Shown here: in pieces, positions 55,419 through 64,000 of the stretch
Layout: each line of letters begins with the position of its first letter
Numbering within the stretch: the first letter of the stretch is position 1
NCBI GenBank assembly: GCA_963718235.1
Contig: CAVQYR010000001.1
Location: 1,344,001 to 1,408,000 of the forward strand
Direction: 5' to 3'
From: an uncultured Actinomycetota bacterium
GTDB taxonomy: Bacteria > Actinomycetota > Actinomycetes > JAHEKZ01
Length of the DNA: 64,000 bases
Notes under the pieces: model-generated
The model's database searches: none
Told to the model about the DNA's origin: nothing
What the model saw: the letters and a program-made list of their open reading frames with translations, nothing else
Translations under genes and position numbers: made by a program

Positions 55419-57230
55419 TCACGAGGCGGACTCCCACGGCTGGGACAGGCGCATGGCCGAGTGGATGATCCCGACCATGGAGTAGGTCTGCGGGAAGTTC
55501 CCCCAGGCCTCCCCGCTGCGCGTGTCGAGGTCCTCCGACATCAGCCCGAGGCTGTTCCGGTGCGCGAGCATGCTCTCGAACAGCTCGCGGGCCTCCGTCC
55601 GACGCCCGACCCTGGCCAGTGCGTCGATGTACCAGAAGGTGGCCAGGTTGAAGGCCGTGTGCGGAGTGCCGAAGTCGTCCTCGTCGACGTACCGGAAGAC
55701 ATGGTCACCGTGGCGCAGGTTCTTCTCGACCGCGTCCAGCGTGCCGAGGAACCGGGGGTCGTCGGCGGCGATGAAGCCGAGGTCGGGCAGCACCAGCGTC
55801 GAGGCGTCGTAGCGGGTCCCGCCCCAGGTCTCCATGAACGAGTTGCGCTCGGTGTCGAACGCCTCGTGCAGGATCCGTTCCCGGATCTCGTCGGCGCGCG
55901 CTCGCCAGCGGGCCGCCCGGTCGTCCAGGTTTCCCCGCGCCGCGATCCGGGCCAGCCGGTCGCAGGCCACCCAGCACATGACGCTGCTGTAGGTGTGCAC
56001 GCCCTGGCGCCCCCGGAACTCCCACAGCCCCGCATCTGGCTCGCTGTACACCCGGTAGGCGACGTCGCCGGCGCGCTCGAGCTGCTCGTAGGTGTCCGGT
56101 CCGCCGGGGGTGTTCAGCCGCTGGTCGAAGAAGAGGTGGGTCGAGGCCAGGACGACGCTGCCGTAGACGTCGTTCTGACGCTGCATCCAGGCCAGGTTGC
56201 CGTCACGCACCGGGCCCATCGCGCGGTACCCCGACAACGAGGTCACCTCGCGTTCGGCAAGGTCCTGCTCGAAGTGGATGCCGTACACGGGCTGCAGGTC
56301 GTCGATGCCCGAGGCGAGGGTGTAGATGTAGGTGAGGAAGTTCTCCATGCTGGACGTCGCCCCGAGCTGGTTCAGGGCGCGGACCACGAACGCGGCATCC
56401 CGCAACCAGCAGAAGCGGTAGTCCCAGTTCCGGCCCGTGTCCGCGGCCTCGGGGATCGACGTCGTCATCGCGGCGATGATGGCTCCGGTGGCCTCGTACT
56501 GGCACAGCTTCAGCGTGATCGCAGCCCGGATCACCGCGTCCTGCCACTCGAACGGGATGGACAGCGAACGCGACCACGACGTCCAGTGCTCGATGGTGCG
56601 CTCGAGGCTGTCTGCGGTGAACGCCTCGACCGACGTGGTCAGAGTCTCGTCCGGCCCGAAGATCAGGGACACCTCACGATCGAGGACGAGCGGGAGCTCG
56701 CGCTGGACGTAGGGGATGGCCACGTTCGTGGTCAGCCGAAGTGTGTGGTCGTGCAGCAGCCATCGCAGGTGGTTGCTGCCGCTCGTGGTCTCCGGGACCG
56801 CCGCACCCCAGTCGCGCAGCGGGCGCGCCTTGATGTGCAGCCGGGGGTTGCCGCGCACCGGACGGAGCCTTCGGACGAGCATCACGGGGTGGTAGAGGCG
56901 GTCCCAGCGCTTGAAGCGGGGGGCGAAGTCGGTGATCTCCACCGCACTGCCGTCGTCGGACTCCAGGGTGGTGACCAGCACAGGGGTGTTGCCGAGGTAC
57001 TCCTGCGACGACGAGACCATCCCCTCGATCTCCACGGCGAGGTACCCACCGTCGAGCTCGTTGGGCTCGAGCAGTGAGCAGAAGGCGGGGTCGCCCGCCA
57101 GGTGCGGCAGGCACCCCCAGACGACCCGCCCGGTCGCGTCGACCAGTGCGCTGACCGTGCCGTTGCCGACGAGTCCGAGATCGAGGGTCCGGCTCGGCCC
57201 CGAAGCCCCCTCCGTTGGCGCACCAGTCAT
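55419..57230 (-). CDS. Glycoside hydrolase family 15 (trehalase/glucoamylase-like)
   Basis: GAIIAAMTTSIPE, RNWDYRFCWLRD, DAGLWEFRG, GLMSED, WGNFPQTYS. Confidence 0.92.
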   Translation of the reverse strand: MTGAPTEGASGPSRTLDLGLVGNGTVSALVDATGRVVWGCLPHLAGDPAFCSLLEPNELDGGYLAVEIEGMVSSSQEYLGNTPVLVTTLESDDGSAVEITDFAPRFKRWDRLYHPVMLVRRLRPVRGNPRLHIKARPLRDWGAAVPETTSGSNHLRWLLHDHTLRLTTNVAIPYVQRELPLVLDREVSLIFGPDETLTTSVEAFTADSLERTIEHWTSWSRSLSIPFEWQDAVIRAAITLKLCQYEATGAIIAAMTTSIPEAADTGRNWDYRFCWLRDAAFVVRALNQLGATSSMENFLTYIYTLASGIDDLQPVYGIHFEQDLAEREVTSLSGYRAMGPVRDGNLAWMQRQNDVYGSVVLASTHLFFDQRLNTPGGPDTYEQLERAGDVAYRVYSEPDAGLWEFRGRQGVHTYSSVMCWVACDRLARIAARGNLDDRAARWRARADEIRERILHEAFDTERNSFMETWGGTRYDASTLVLPDLGFIAADDPRFLGTLDAVEKNLRHGDHVFRYVDEDDFGTPHTAFNLATFWYIDALARVGRRTEARELFESMLAHRNSLGLMSEDLDTRSGEAWGNFPQTYSMVGIIHSAMRLSQPWESAS

Positions 57231-58004
57231 GTACGGACCTCCTCGACGAGTTCGGCCAGCCAGCCTCGCACGGCGGCCGGGTCGACAAGGCGGCAGGTCG
57301 CGGCCGTGTCGCGGCGGCCCCCGACCAGAACGGCGACGCCACCCAGAGCCACTACCGCCTCGAAGGCGTGCTCGTCGGTGAGGTCATCGCCGACGACGAT
57401 CGGACGGCGTCCGGTGAAGGGCCCCTCGGCCATGAGCTCGCGTACCGCGGCGCCCTTGTCCCACCCCGCGGGGCGGACCTCCTGGACCAGCACGCCCGCC
57501 TGGGCCTCGAACGTCCCGTTGCTGGAGGCGACGAGTCGGTCGACCGCAGCCTTCAGGTCCCGCGCGGCGTCGGGGGCGTCGCGGTGGTGCAGGGCGACCC
57601 CGACCTCCTTGTCCTCGACCCACACCCCGGGAAGCTGCTGCGCGACGGCGGCGGCACCGGCCCGCAGGCGCGGCGAGCCGGGCCGGGTCGGGCTGGTGGT
57701 CACGCAGTCCGGAGGGTCCGCGGACCTGCACCCCGTGCACGCCGGCGGCGAACGGCTGCCAGGGGGCGAAGATCCGGTCGAGGTCGGCCAGCGGTCGCCC
57801 GGAGATCAGCGCGAGGGCGCCGTCCAACCGCTCCGCGACCGCGGTCAGCAGCATCACGAGCCCGGTCGTGGCCCTCACGTGCTCGGGCCGGGACTCGAAC
57901 TCCACCAGGGTGCCGTCGACGTCGAGGAACAGCGCTGAGGGCTGTCGCGCCAGCAGGCTCCACGGCTCGGCAGCGGGCAGCCCTGTGGGGTCGTGGTCAG
58001 CCAT
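57227..58004 (-). pseudogene. otsB: Trehalose-6-phosphate phosphatase with a frameshift near 57670
   Basis: LFLDVDGTL, ISGR and AGVHG in ORF 57384..58004; EDK..ALHHR, DKGAAV and VGDDLTDEHAF in ORF 57227..57703 (different frame). Confidence 0.85.
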
Positions 58005-59658
58005 GGGCCCGCGGGCGCTCGCGCCAGGTGTTCGTCATCGGGAGCCGTCGGTCCCGACCGAAGGCGCGCAGCGAGATCTTGGGTCCCGGGGGGTACTGGC
58101 GCCGCTTGTACTCAGCCAGGTCGGTGAGCCGCAGGATCCGCTCGACCACCGCCGGGTCGAAGCCACTGGCGACGAGGTCGTCGGCGGAGACGTCGCGCTC
58201 GACGTAGTCGTCGAGGATGTCGTCGAGCAGGTCGTAGTCGGGCAACGAGTCGGTGTCGAGCTGACCGGGCCGCAGCTCCGCGCTGGGTGGCTTCGTGATG
58301 CTGTTCGGCGGGATCGGTGGCACCTCTCCGCGCTGCGCGGCGACGTCGTTGCGCCACCGGGACAAGGCCCACACCAACGACTTCGGGACGTCCTTCAGCG
58401 GCGCGTACCCACCGACGGCGTCCCCGTACAGCGTCGAGTAGCCCACCGACAGCTCGCTCTTGTTCCCGGTAGCCAGCACCATCGGCCCCTCCGCGTTGGA
58501 GATTCCCATCAGCGCGGTGCCTCGGACCCTGGCCTGCAGGTTCTCCTCGGCGAGGCCCACCAGCTTCAGCTGGTCCTGGTAGGCCTGGACGACCGGGGCG
58601 ATCTCGACGGTGCGGAACGTGATCCCGGTGCGGCGGGCCAGGTCGGCGGCGTCGTCGCGGGAGTGCTGCGAGGAGTAGGCGCTCGGCATCGACACCCCGA
58701 GCACGTGCTCGGCCCCCAGGGCGTCGACGGCCAGCGCGGCGGTGAGGGCGGAGTCGATGCCCCCGGACAGGGCCACCACGACGTCGGTGAAGCCGTTCTT
58801 GCGCACGTAGTCGCGCAGTCCGAGGGTCAGTGCGGCGTACACCTCGGCCTCGTCACCGAGCCGCTCGACCGCAGAACCAGTGGCCGTCGACGGCAGGTCG
58901 ACGACGAGCAGCTCGTCGGTGAACTGCGCGGCACGGGCCACGACGACACCGTCGGGACTCACGACCAGGGAGTCCCCGTCGAACACGAGCTCGTCCTGAC
59001 CGCCGACGAGGTTGACGTAGGCGAGCGTGCACCCTGACTCGGCCGCGCGTCTGCGAGCCAGCGCGAGCCGAACGTCGTCCTTGTTGCGCTCGTACGGCGA
59101 CCCGTTGACCACGAGGAGCAGGTCGGACTGCGAGTCACGCGCCCACTGGACGGGACCGCCGTCCTGCCACAGGTCCTCGCAGACGGCGACCGACACCGCA
59201 ACCCCGTCGACCTCGAACCGGCAGGGTTCGTGGCCGGGCACGAAGTACCGGTACTCGTCGAACACGCCGTAGTTGGGCAGGTGGTGCTTGTAGTAGCGGC
59301 CCACGACCCGTCCACCCCTCACCACCGCCACGGCGTTGCGCGGGTGGTGGCGCGGCTGCCCCAGGACGTCGTCGGCCTGGGCGTCTCGGTCCAGGTAGCC
59401 CACGACCACGGTGGTGTCACCCAGGCCGACAGTGACGAGGGTGCTGGCAAGGGCGTCGACCGCCGCCTTCGAGGCGTCGATGAACGACTCCCGCAGCGCG
59501 AGGTCCTCGATCGGGTAGCCGGTGAGGAACATCTCCGGGAAGGCGACCAGTCGGGCACCCTCGACCGAGGCTCGTTGGGTGAGGGAGACGACCTGGGCCG
59601 CGTTGCCCTCGAGGTCGCCGACGGTGGCGTTGGCCTGGGCGAGGGCGATCCGCAGCAT
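57997..59658 (-). CDS. nadE: Glutamine-dependent NAD+ synthetase
   Basis: Nitrilase domain (FPEMFLTGYP, KHHLPNYGVFDE, CEDLW) plus synthetase domain (LSGGIDSAL, ENLQARVRG, TGNKSE, KPPSAEL). Confidence 0.96.
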   Translation of the reverse strand: MLRIALAQANATVGDLEGNAAQVVSLTQRASVEGARLVAFPEMFLTGYPIEDLALRESFIDASKAAVDALASTLVTVGLGDTTVVVGYLDRDAQADDVLGQPRHHPRNAVAVVRGGRVVGRYYKHHLPNYGVFDEYRYFVPGHEPCRFEVDGVAVSVAVCEDLWQDGGPVQWARDSQSDLLLVVNGSPYERNKDDVRLALARRRAAESGCTLAYVNLVGGQDELVFDGDSLVVSPDGVVVARAAQFTDELLVVDLPSTATGSAVERLGDEAEVYAALTLGLRDYVRKNGFTDVVVALSGGIDSALTAALAVDALGAEHVLGVSMPSAYSSQHSRDDAADLARRTGITFRTVEIAPVVQAYQDQLKLVGLAEENLQARVRGTALMGISNAEGPMVLATGNKSELSVGYSTLYGDAVGGYAPLKDVPKSLVWALSRWRNDVAAQRGEVPPIPPNSITKPPSAELRPGQLDTDSLPDYDLLDDILDDYVERDVSADDLVASGFDPAVVERILRLTDLAEYKRRQYPPGPKISLRAFGRDRRLPMTNTWRERPRAHG

Positions 59659-59723
59659 GGGGGCAGTCTCCCAGGGTGGCGAGCCCCCGGCGCAGGGCAC
59701 GCCGACGTCCCCACCTGAACTGC

Positions 59724-59739
59724 GTAACGCGGGCGAAAC
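59724..59739 (+). promoter_or_regulatory. GlnR box upstream of the glutamine synthetase gene
   Basis: gtaac-gcgggc-gaaac matches the actinobacterial GlnR consensus GTnAC-N6-GAAAC. Confidence 0.7.
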
Positions 59740-59761
59740 ACGCACCCGCCACCATGCGGGG

Positions 59762-61096
59762 ATGGACAAGCAGCAGGAGTTCGTGCTCCGCACGATCGAG
59801 GAACGCGACATCCGGTTCATCCGCCTGTGGTTCACCGACGTCCTGGGGTTCTTGAAGTCGGTGGCCATCGCCCCGGCCGAGCTCGAGGGCGCCTTCGCCG
59901 AGGGGATCGGCTTCGACGGGTCGGCCATCGAGGGCTTTGCCCGGGTCTACGAGGCCGACATGCTGGTCAAGCCCGACCCGACCACGTTCACGGTTCTTCC
60001 GTGGCGCAGCGAGGGACCGGGCACCGCCCGGATGTTCTGCGACATCCAGCTGCCCGACGGGGCGCCGTCGTACGTCGACCCGCGCTTCGTGCTCAAGCGA
60101 GCGATGGCCAAGGCGGCCGACCTCGGCTTCACGTACTACACCCACCCGGAGATCGAGTTCTTCCTGTTCAAGGGCCAGCCCGACGGCACCGAGCCCGTCC
60201 CGATCGACCACGGTGGCTACTTCGACCACACGCCCACCTCGCTCGGCCAGGACTTCCGGCGGACGGCGATCACCATGCTGGAGGCGATGGGGATCTCGGT
60301 GGAGTTCAGCCACCACGAAGGTGCCCCGGGCCAGCAGGAGATCGACCTGCGCTACGCGGACGCGCTCAGCACCGCTGACAACATCATGACCTTCCGGACG
60401 GTGATCAAGGAGGTGGCGCTGGAGCAGGGGCTGTACGGCTCGTTCATGCCCAAGCCGCTGGCGGACCACCCCGGATCGGGGATGCACACCCACCTGTCGC
60501 TGTTCGAAGGCGACCGCAACGCGTTCTACGAGCCGGGGGGCGAGTACCAGCTGTCCAAGGTCGCCCGCGCCTTCATCGCCGGGCTGCTGCGGCACGGTCC
60601 GGAGATCACCGCGGTGACCAACCAGTGGGTCAACTCCTACAAGCGCCTCTACGGGGGCGGGGAGGCCCCCGCGTACGTGTGCTGGGGGCACAACAACCGC
60701 TCGGCGATGATCCGGGTGCCGATGTACAAGCCACAGAAGGGCCAGAGCACCCGGATCGAGGTCCGCAGCCTGGACCCCGCGTGCAACCCGTACCTGGCGT
60801 TCGCCGTGCTCCTGGCTGCCGGGCTCAAGGGGGTCGAGGAGGGCTACGACCTGCCCCGTGGGGCCGAGGACGACGTGTGGCAGCTCACCGAGTCGGAGCG
60901 TCGCGCCCTCGGCATCGAGCCGCTGCCGCAGAACCTCGCGGAGGCGATCGCGGTGATGGAGCGCAGCGAGCTCGTCGCGGAGACCCTGGGGGAGCACGTC
61001 TTCGACTTCTTCCTGCGCAACAAGCGACAGGAGTGGCAGGACTACCGTGGCCAGGTCACGCCGTTCGAGCTCCAGCGCTACCTTCCTGCCCTCTGA
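59762..61096 (+). CDS. glnA2: Glutamine synthetase family protein, GlnA2 type
   Basis: MDKQQEFVLRTIEERDIRFIRLWFTD, GFDGSAIEGF, HHEGAPGQQEI, FMPKP, GSGMHTH, NRSAMIRVP; upstream of glnE. Confidence 0.93.
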   Translation: MDKQQEFVLRTIEERDIRFIRLWFTDVLGFLKSVAIAPAELEGAFAEGIGFDGSAIEGFARVYEADMLVKPDPTTFTVLPWRSEGPGTARMFCDIQLPDGAPSYVDPRFVLKRAMAKAADLGFTYYTHPEIEFFLFKGQPDGTEPVPIDHGGYFDHTPTSLGQDFRRTAITMLEAMGISVEFSHHEGAPGQQEIDLRYADALSTADNIMTFRTVIKEVALEQGLYGSFMPKPLADHPGSGMHTHLSLFEGDRNAFYEPGGEYQLSKVARAFIAGLLRHGPEITAVTNQWVNSYKRLYGGGEAPAYVCWGHNNRSAMIRVPMYKPQKGQSTRIEVRSLDPACNPYLAFAVLLAAGLKGVEEGYDLPRGAEDDVWQLTESERRALGIEPLPQNLAEAIAVMERSELVAETLGEHVFDFFLRNKRQEWQDYRGQVTPFELQRYLPAL

Positions 61097-61116
61097 CGCG
61101 TCAGTAGCGTGGTGGG

Positions 61117-64000
61117 GTGAGCACCGGTCGCAGCGCCAGCCTGGTCGCCCGCCTGGCCAGGCTCGGTTTCGCCGACGCGGCGCGGGCCGACTCGCTGCTG
61201 TCGGCTGCGGCGCTGGACCACACCGTCGTGGACGACGCACTGCTGGAGGCGTTGTCGGCGGCCGCCGACCCGGACCTGGCCCTGCTCGGGCTGGTGCGCC
61301 TGCTCGAGGCGCACCGCGCGGCTGGGGCAGACCCGGCGGACCTGCTGGACCGGCTGCGCGACGACACGGAGCTGCGCACCCGGCTGACCACCGTGCTGGG
61401 GGCCAGCTCGGCGCTGGCCGACCACCTGCTGCGCCATCCCGCGGACTGCGAGGTCCTGGCCGGCGCCAGCGGCAGCTCGCGACCCACCGCCGCCGCGCTG
61501 CGGCTCGCGCTGCTCGAGGCAGTGGCCGCCGACCCCTCCGATCCGTTCCCCACGGCTGGGCGGGCCGACGCGGCCGACCGGCTGCGGGCGACCTACCGAA
61601 GGGCCTTGCTGGGCCTGGCGGCCCGTGACCTGGTCGACGGCCTCCCGGTCGGCGACGTAGCCGCCGAGCTGGCCGACCTCGCGGCCGGGGCCCTGGACGC
61701 GGCACTGGCCATCGCCCGCAGCGAGCTGCCGCCGGGAAGTGAGCCCGTGCGGCTGGCCGTCATCGGCATGGGCAAGGCCGGCGGCCACGAGCTGAACTAC
61801 GTGAGCGACGTCGACGTCGTCTACGTCGCCGAGCCCCTTCCCGGCGGCGACGAGGAGGCTGCCCTGCGCACGGCGGCCCTGCTCGGGGCCGGGTTGGCGC
61901 GGGCCTGCTCGGCGACCACCCCAGAGGGCACCTTGTGGGAGGTCGACGCGGCACTGCGCCCAGAGGGCAAGGCCGGTCCGCTCGTCCGGACCCTCGCCAG
62001 CCATCTCGTCTACTACGAGCGCTGGGCCAAGACCTGGGAGTTCCAGGCCCTGCTCAAGGCGCGCCCGATCGCCGGCGACCACGAGCTCGGCCGGGCCTAC
62101 GTCGAGGCCCTGGCCCCCCTGGTGTGGCAGGCGGCCGCCCGCCCGGGCTTCGTCGAGGACGTCCAGGCGATGCGCCGCCGGGTCGAGGAGCAGATCCCCA
62201 GCAAGGACGCCGAGCGTGAGCTCAAGCTGGGACCGGGCGGGCTGCGCGACGTGGAGTTCTCGGTGCAGCTGCTCCAGCTGGTGCACGGACGCACCGACGA
62301 GTCGCTGCGCAGCGCCAACACCTTGGTCGCCCTGGACGCACTGGCCGCCGGTGGCTATGTCGGTCGCGGTGACGCTGCGTCGCTGGACGCGGCCTACCGG
62401 TTCCTGCGCACCGTCGAGCACCGGATCCAGCTGCTGAGGCTGCGCCGGACGCACCTCATGCCCGACCCCGACCGCGACCGGCGTCGGATCGCCCGCTCGA
62501 TGGGCTACCGCAGCGACCCGGTCCAGGAGCTGAATGCCGCCTGGCGGGGCCATGCGCGCGAGGCCCGGCGGCTGCACGAGAAGCTGTTCTACCGACCGCT
62601 GCTGGGGGCGGTGGCCAGGTTGTCCCCCGGTGAGGCCCGGCTGACCCCCGACGCGGCCAAGGCCCGGCTGGAGGCTCTGGGCTACGCCGACCCGGCGGGA
62701 GCGCTGCGGCACCTGGAGGCGCTGACCGAGGGTGTCAGCCGCCGGGCCGCCATCCAACGCACCCTGCTGCCGGTGATGCTGGGCTGGTTCGCCGACGCCG
62801 CCGACCCCGACGCCGGGCTGCTCGCCTTCCGGCAGGTCAGTGACGCGCTCGGTTCCACCCACTGGTACCTCGCGCTGCTGCGTGATGCCGGCGCCGCCGC
62901 GGAGCGGTTGGCCCGCGTCCTGGCCTCCAGCCGCTACGCCACCGACCTCCTTCAACGGGCGCCCGACGCCGTGGCCATGCTGGCCGACGACGACGACCTG
63001 GTCCCGCGCGGACGTGCTGCGCTCGAGGCCGAGATCCAGGCCACCGTGGCGAGGGCGGAGGGCCCGGAGGCGGCCGCTGCGGCGGTGCGGGCGATCCGTC
63101 GGCGCGAGCTGTTCCGGGTGTCGGTGGCCGACGTGCTCGGGCTCCTGGACGTGCGGGCGGTCGGTGAGGCCCTCACGAGCATCACGGCGGCAAGCATCGC
63201 GGGTGGGCTCGCCGCGGCGGTGACCTCGGTGGAGACCCAGCAGGGGCGGCCCCTGCCGACCCGCTTTGCGGTGATCGCGATGGGTCGCTTCGGCGGGCAC
63301 GAGCTCGGCTACGGCAGCGACGCCGATGTCCTGTTCGTGCACGAGCCGCTGCCCGGTGCCGATCCGCGCGAGGCGGCGGACGCGGCACATGCGGCAGCCA
63401 ACGAGCTGCGCCGCCTCCTGCAGCTGCCTGCCCCCGACCCGCCGTTGCTGGTCGACGCCGACCTGCGCCCCGAGGGTCGCCAAGGGCCCCTGGTCCGGAC
63501 CCTCGACTCCTACGAGGCCTACTACCGGCGGTGGTCGCTGGTCTGGGAGAGCCAGGCTCTGCTGCGGGCCGAACCAGTCGCCGGGGACGAGGCCCTGGGT
63601 CGCGCGTTCACCCGGCTCGTCGACCCGCTGCGCTGGCCGCAAGGAGGGCTCGGAGACGACGACGTGCGCGAGATCCGTCGGATCAAGGCGCGGGTCGAGG
63701 CCGAGCGGCTGCCCCGGGGGGCCGACCCCGCCACCCACACCAAGCTGGGCCCCGGGGGGCTCGCCGACGTCGAGTGGACGGTTCAGCTGCTCCAGCTGCA
63801 GCATGCGGGCGAGGTGCCCGAGCTGCGCTCGACGCGCACCATCGACGTCCTCGACGCGGTGGCGGCCGCAGGGCTCCTGCCACGCGGAGACGCCGACCTG
63901 CTGACCCAGGCCTGGAACCTGGCCACCCGGGTGCGCAACGCGATCGTCCTCGTGCGGGGCCGCGCCGACGACTCGCTGCCCCGGGACCTGCGGGCGCTCG
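61117..64000 (+). CDS. glnE: Bifunctional glutamine synthetase adenylyltransferase/deadenylase, 3' end runs off the window
   Basis: Manual translation from GTG 61117: LARLGFAD, VIGMGKAGGHELNYVSDVDV, VDAALRPEGKAGPLVRTL, KLGPGGLRDVEF, second domain AMGRFGGHELGYGSDADV. Confidence 0.96.
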   Translation, partial: MSTGRSASLVARLARLGFADAARADSLLSAAALDHTVVDDALLEALSAAADPDLALLGLVRLLEAHRAAGADPADLLDRLRDDTELRTRLTTVLGASSALADHLLRHPADCEVLAGASGSSRPTAAALRLALLEAVAADPSDPFPTAGRADAADRLRATYRRALLGLAARDLVDGLPVGDVAAELADLAAGALDAALAIARSELPPGSEPVRLAVIGMGKAGGHELNYVSDVDVVYVAEPLPGGDEEAALRTAALLGAGLARACSATTPEGTLWEVDAALRPEGKAGPLVRTLASHLVYYERWAKTWEFQALLKARPIAGDHELGRAYVEALAPLVWQAAARPGFVEDVQAMRRRVEEQIPSKDAERELKLGPGGLRDVEFSVQLLQLVHGRTDESLRSANTLVALDALAAGGYVGRGDAASLDAAYRFLRTVEHRIQLLRLRRTHLMPDPDRDRRRIARSMGYRSDPVQELNAAWRGHAREARRLHEKLFYRPLLGAVARLSPGEARLTPDAAKARLEALGYADPAGALRHLEALTEGVSRRAAIQRTLLPVMLGWFADAADPDAGLLAFRQVSDALGSTHWYLALLRDAGAAAERLARVLASSRYATDLLQRAPDAVAMLADDDDLVPRGRAALEAEIQATVARAEGPEAAAAAVRAIRRRELFRVSVADVLGLLDVRAVGEALTSITAASIAGGLAAAVTSVETQQGRPLPTRFAVIAMGRFGGHELGYGSDADVLFVHEPLPGADPREAADAAHAAANELRRLLQLPAPDPPLLVDADLRPEGRQGPLVRTLDSYEAYYRRWSLVWESQALLRAEPVAGDEALGRAFTRLVDPLRWPQGGLGDDDVREIRRIKARVEAERLPRGADPATHTKLGPGGLADVEWTVQLLQLQHAGEVPELRSTRTIDVLDAVAAAGLLPRGDADLLTQAWNLATRVRNAIVLVRGRADDSLPRDLRAL

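Noticed and set aside
54114-57077. 987-aa plus-strand ORF
   Set aside because: Antisense shadow of otsA and GH15 caused by high-GC codon bias; no motifs.
59417-63804. Long minus-strand ORFs 59417..61705 and 61078..63804
   Set aside because: Antisense to glnA2 and glnE; glnE is missing from the ORF track only because it runs off the window.

Overview
High-GC actinobacterial chromosome segment. The backbone is the conserved core locus glnE-glnA2-nadE ... panB-npdG ... map ... rnpB-yaaA-RNaseH/CobC-Zn ribbon-Nif3 ... tRNA-Val ... DUF3052-aceE ... fasR-fabD-fabH-acpP-fabF-accD-DUF3145. Three accessory blocks interrupt it. (1) A complete 13-kb group 2a (Huc-type) [NiFe]-hydrogenase operon with a HucM-like gene, plus ppk2, lies between aceE and fasR. 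Its large subunit has two unusual Arg substitutions and its NifU/HucE-like protein is degenerate. (2) A minimal ~2.1-kb integrative element sits in tRNA-Val(TAC), with 36-bp att repeats, paired arm-type repeats, a frameshifted tyrosine integrase and one orphan lipoprotein. (3) A proteobacterial-style otsB-GH15-otsA trehalose cassette follows nadE. Other notable items are a stand-alone 227-aa K/R/T/A/P-repeat histone-like protein with a structured leader, a FabD fused to a lysine-less biotinyl/lipoyl-like domain, a Cys/His-rich microprotein after a TreT-like gene, a VNTR-frameshifted zinc-ribbon/DUF4328 gene and a candidate pan-motif-like leader. At least three single-base frameshifts occur, which could be real or assembly indel errors. 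Family assignments come from motif recognition and recall of reference proteins; no database search was run.
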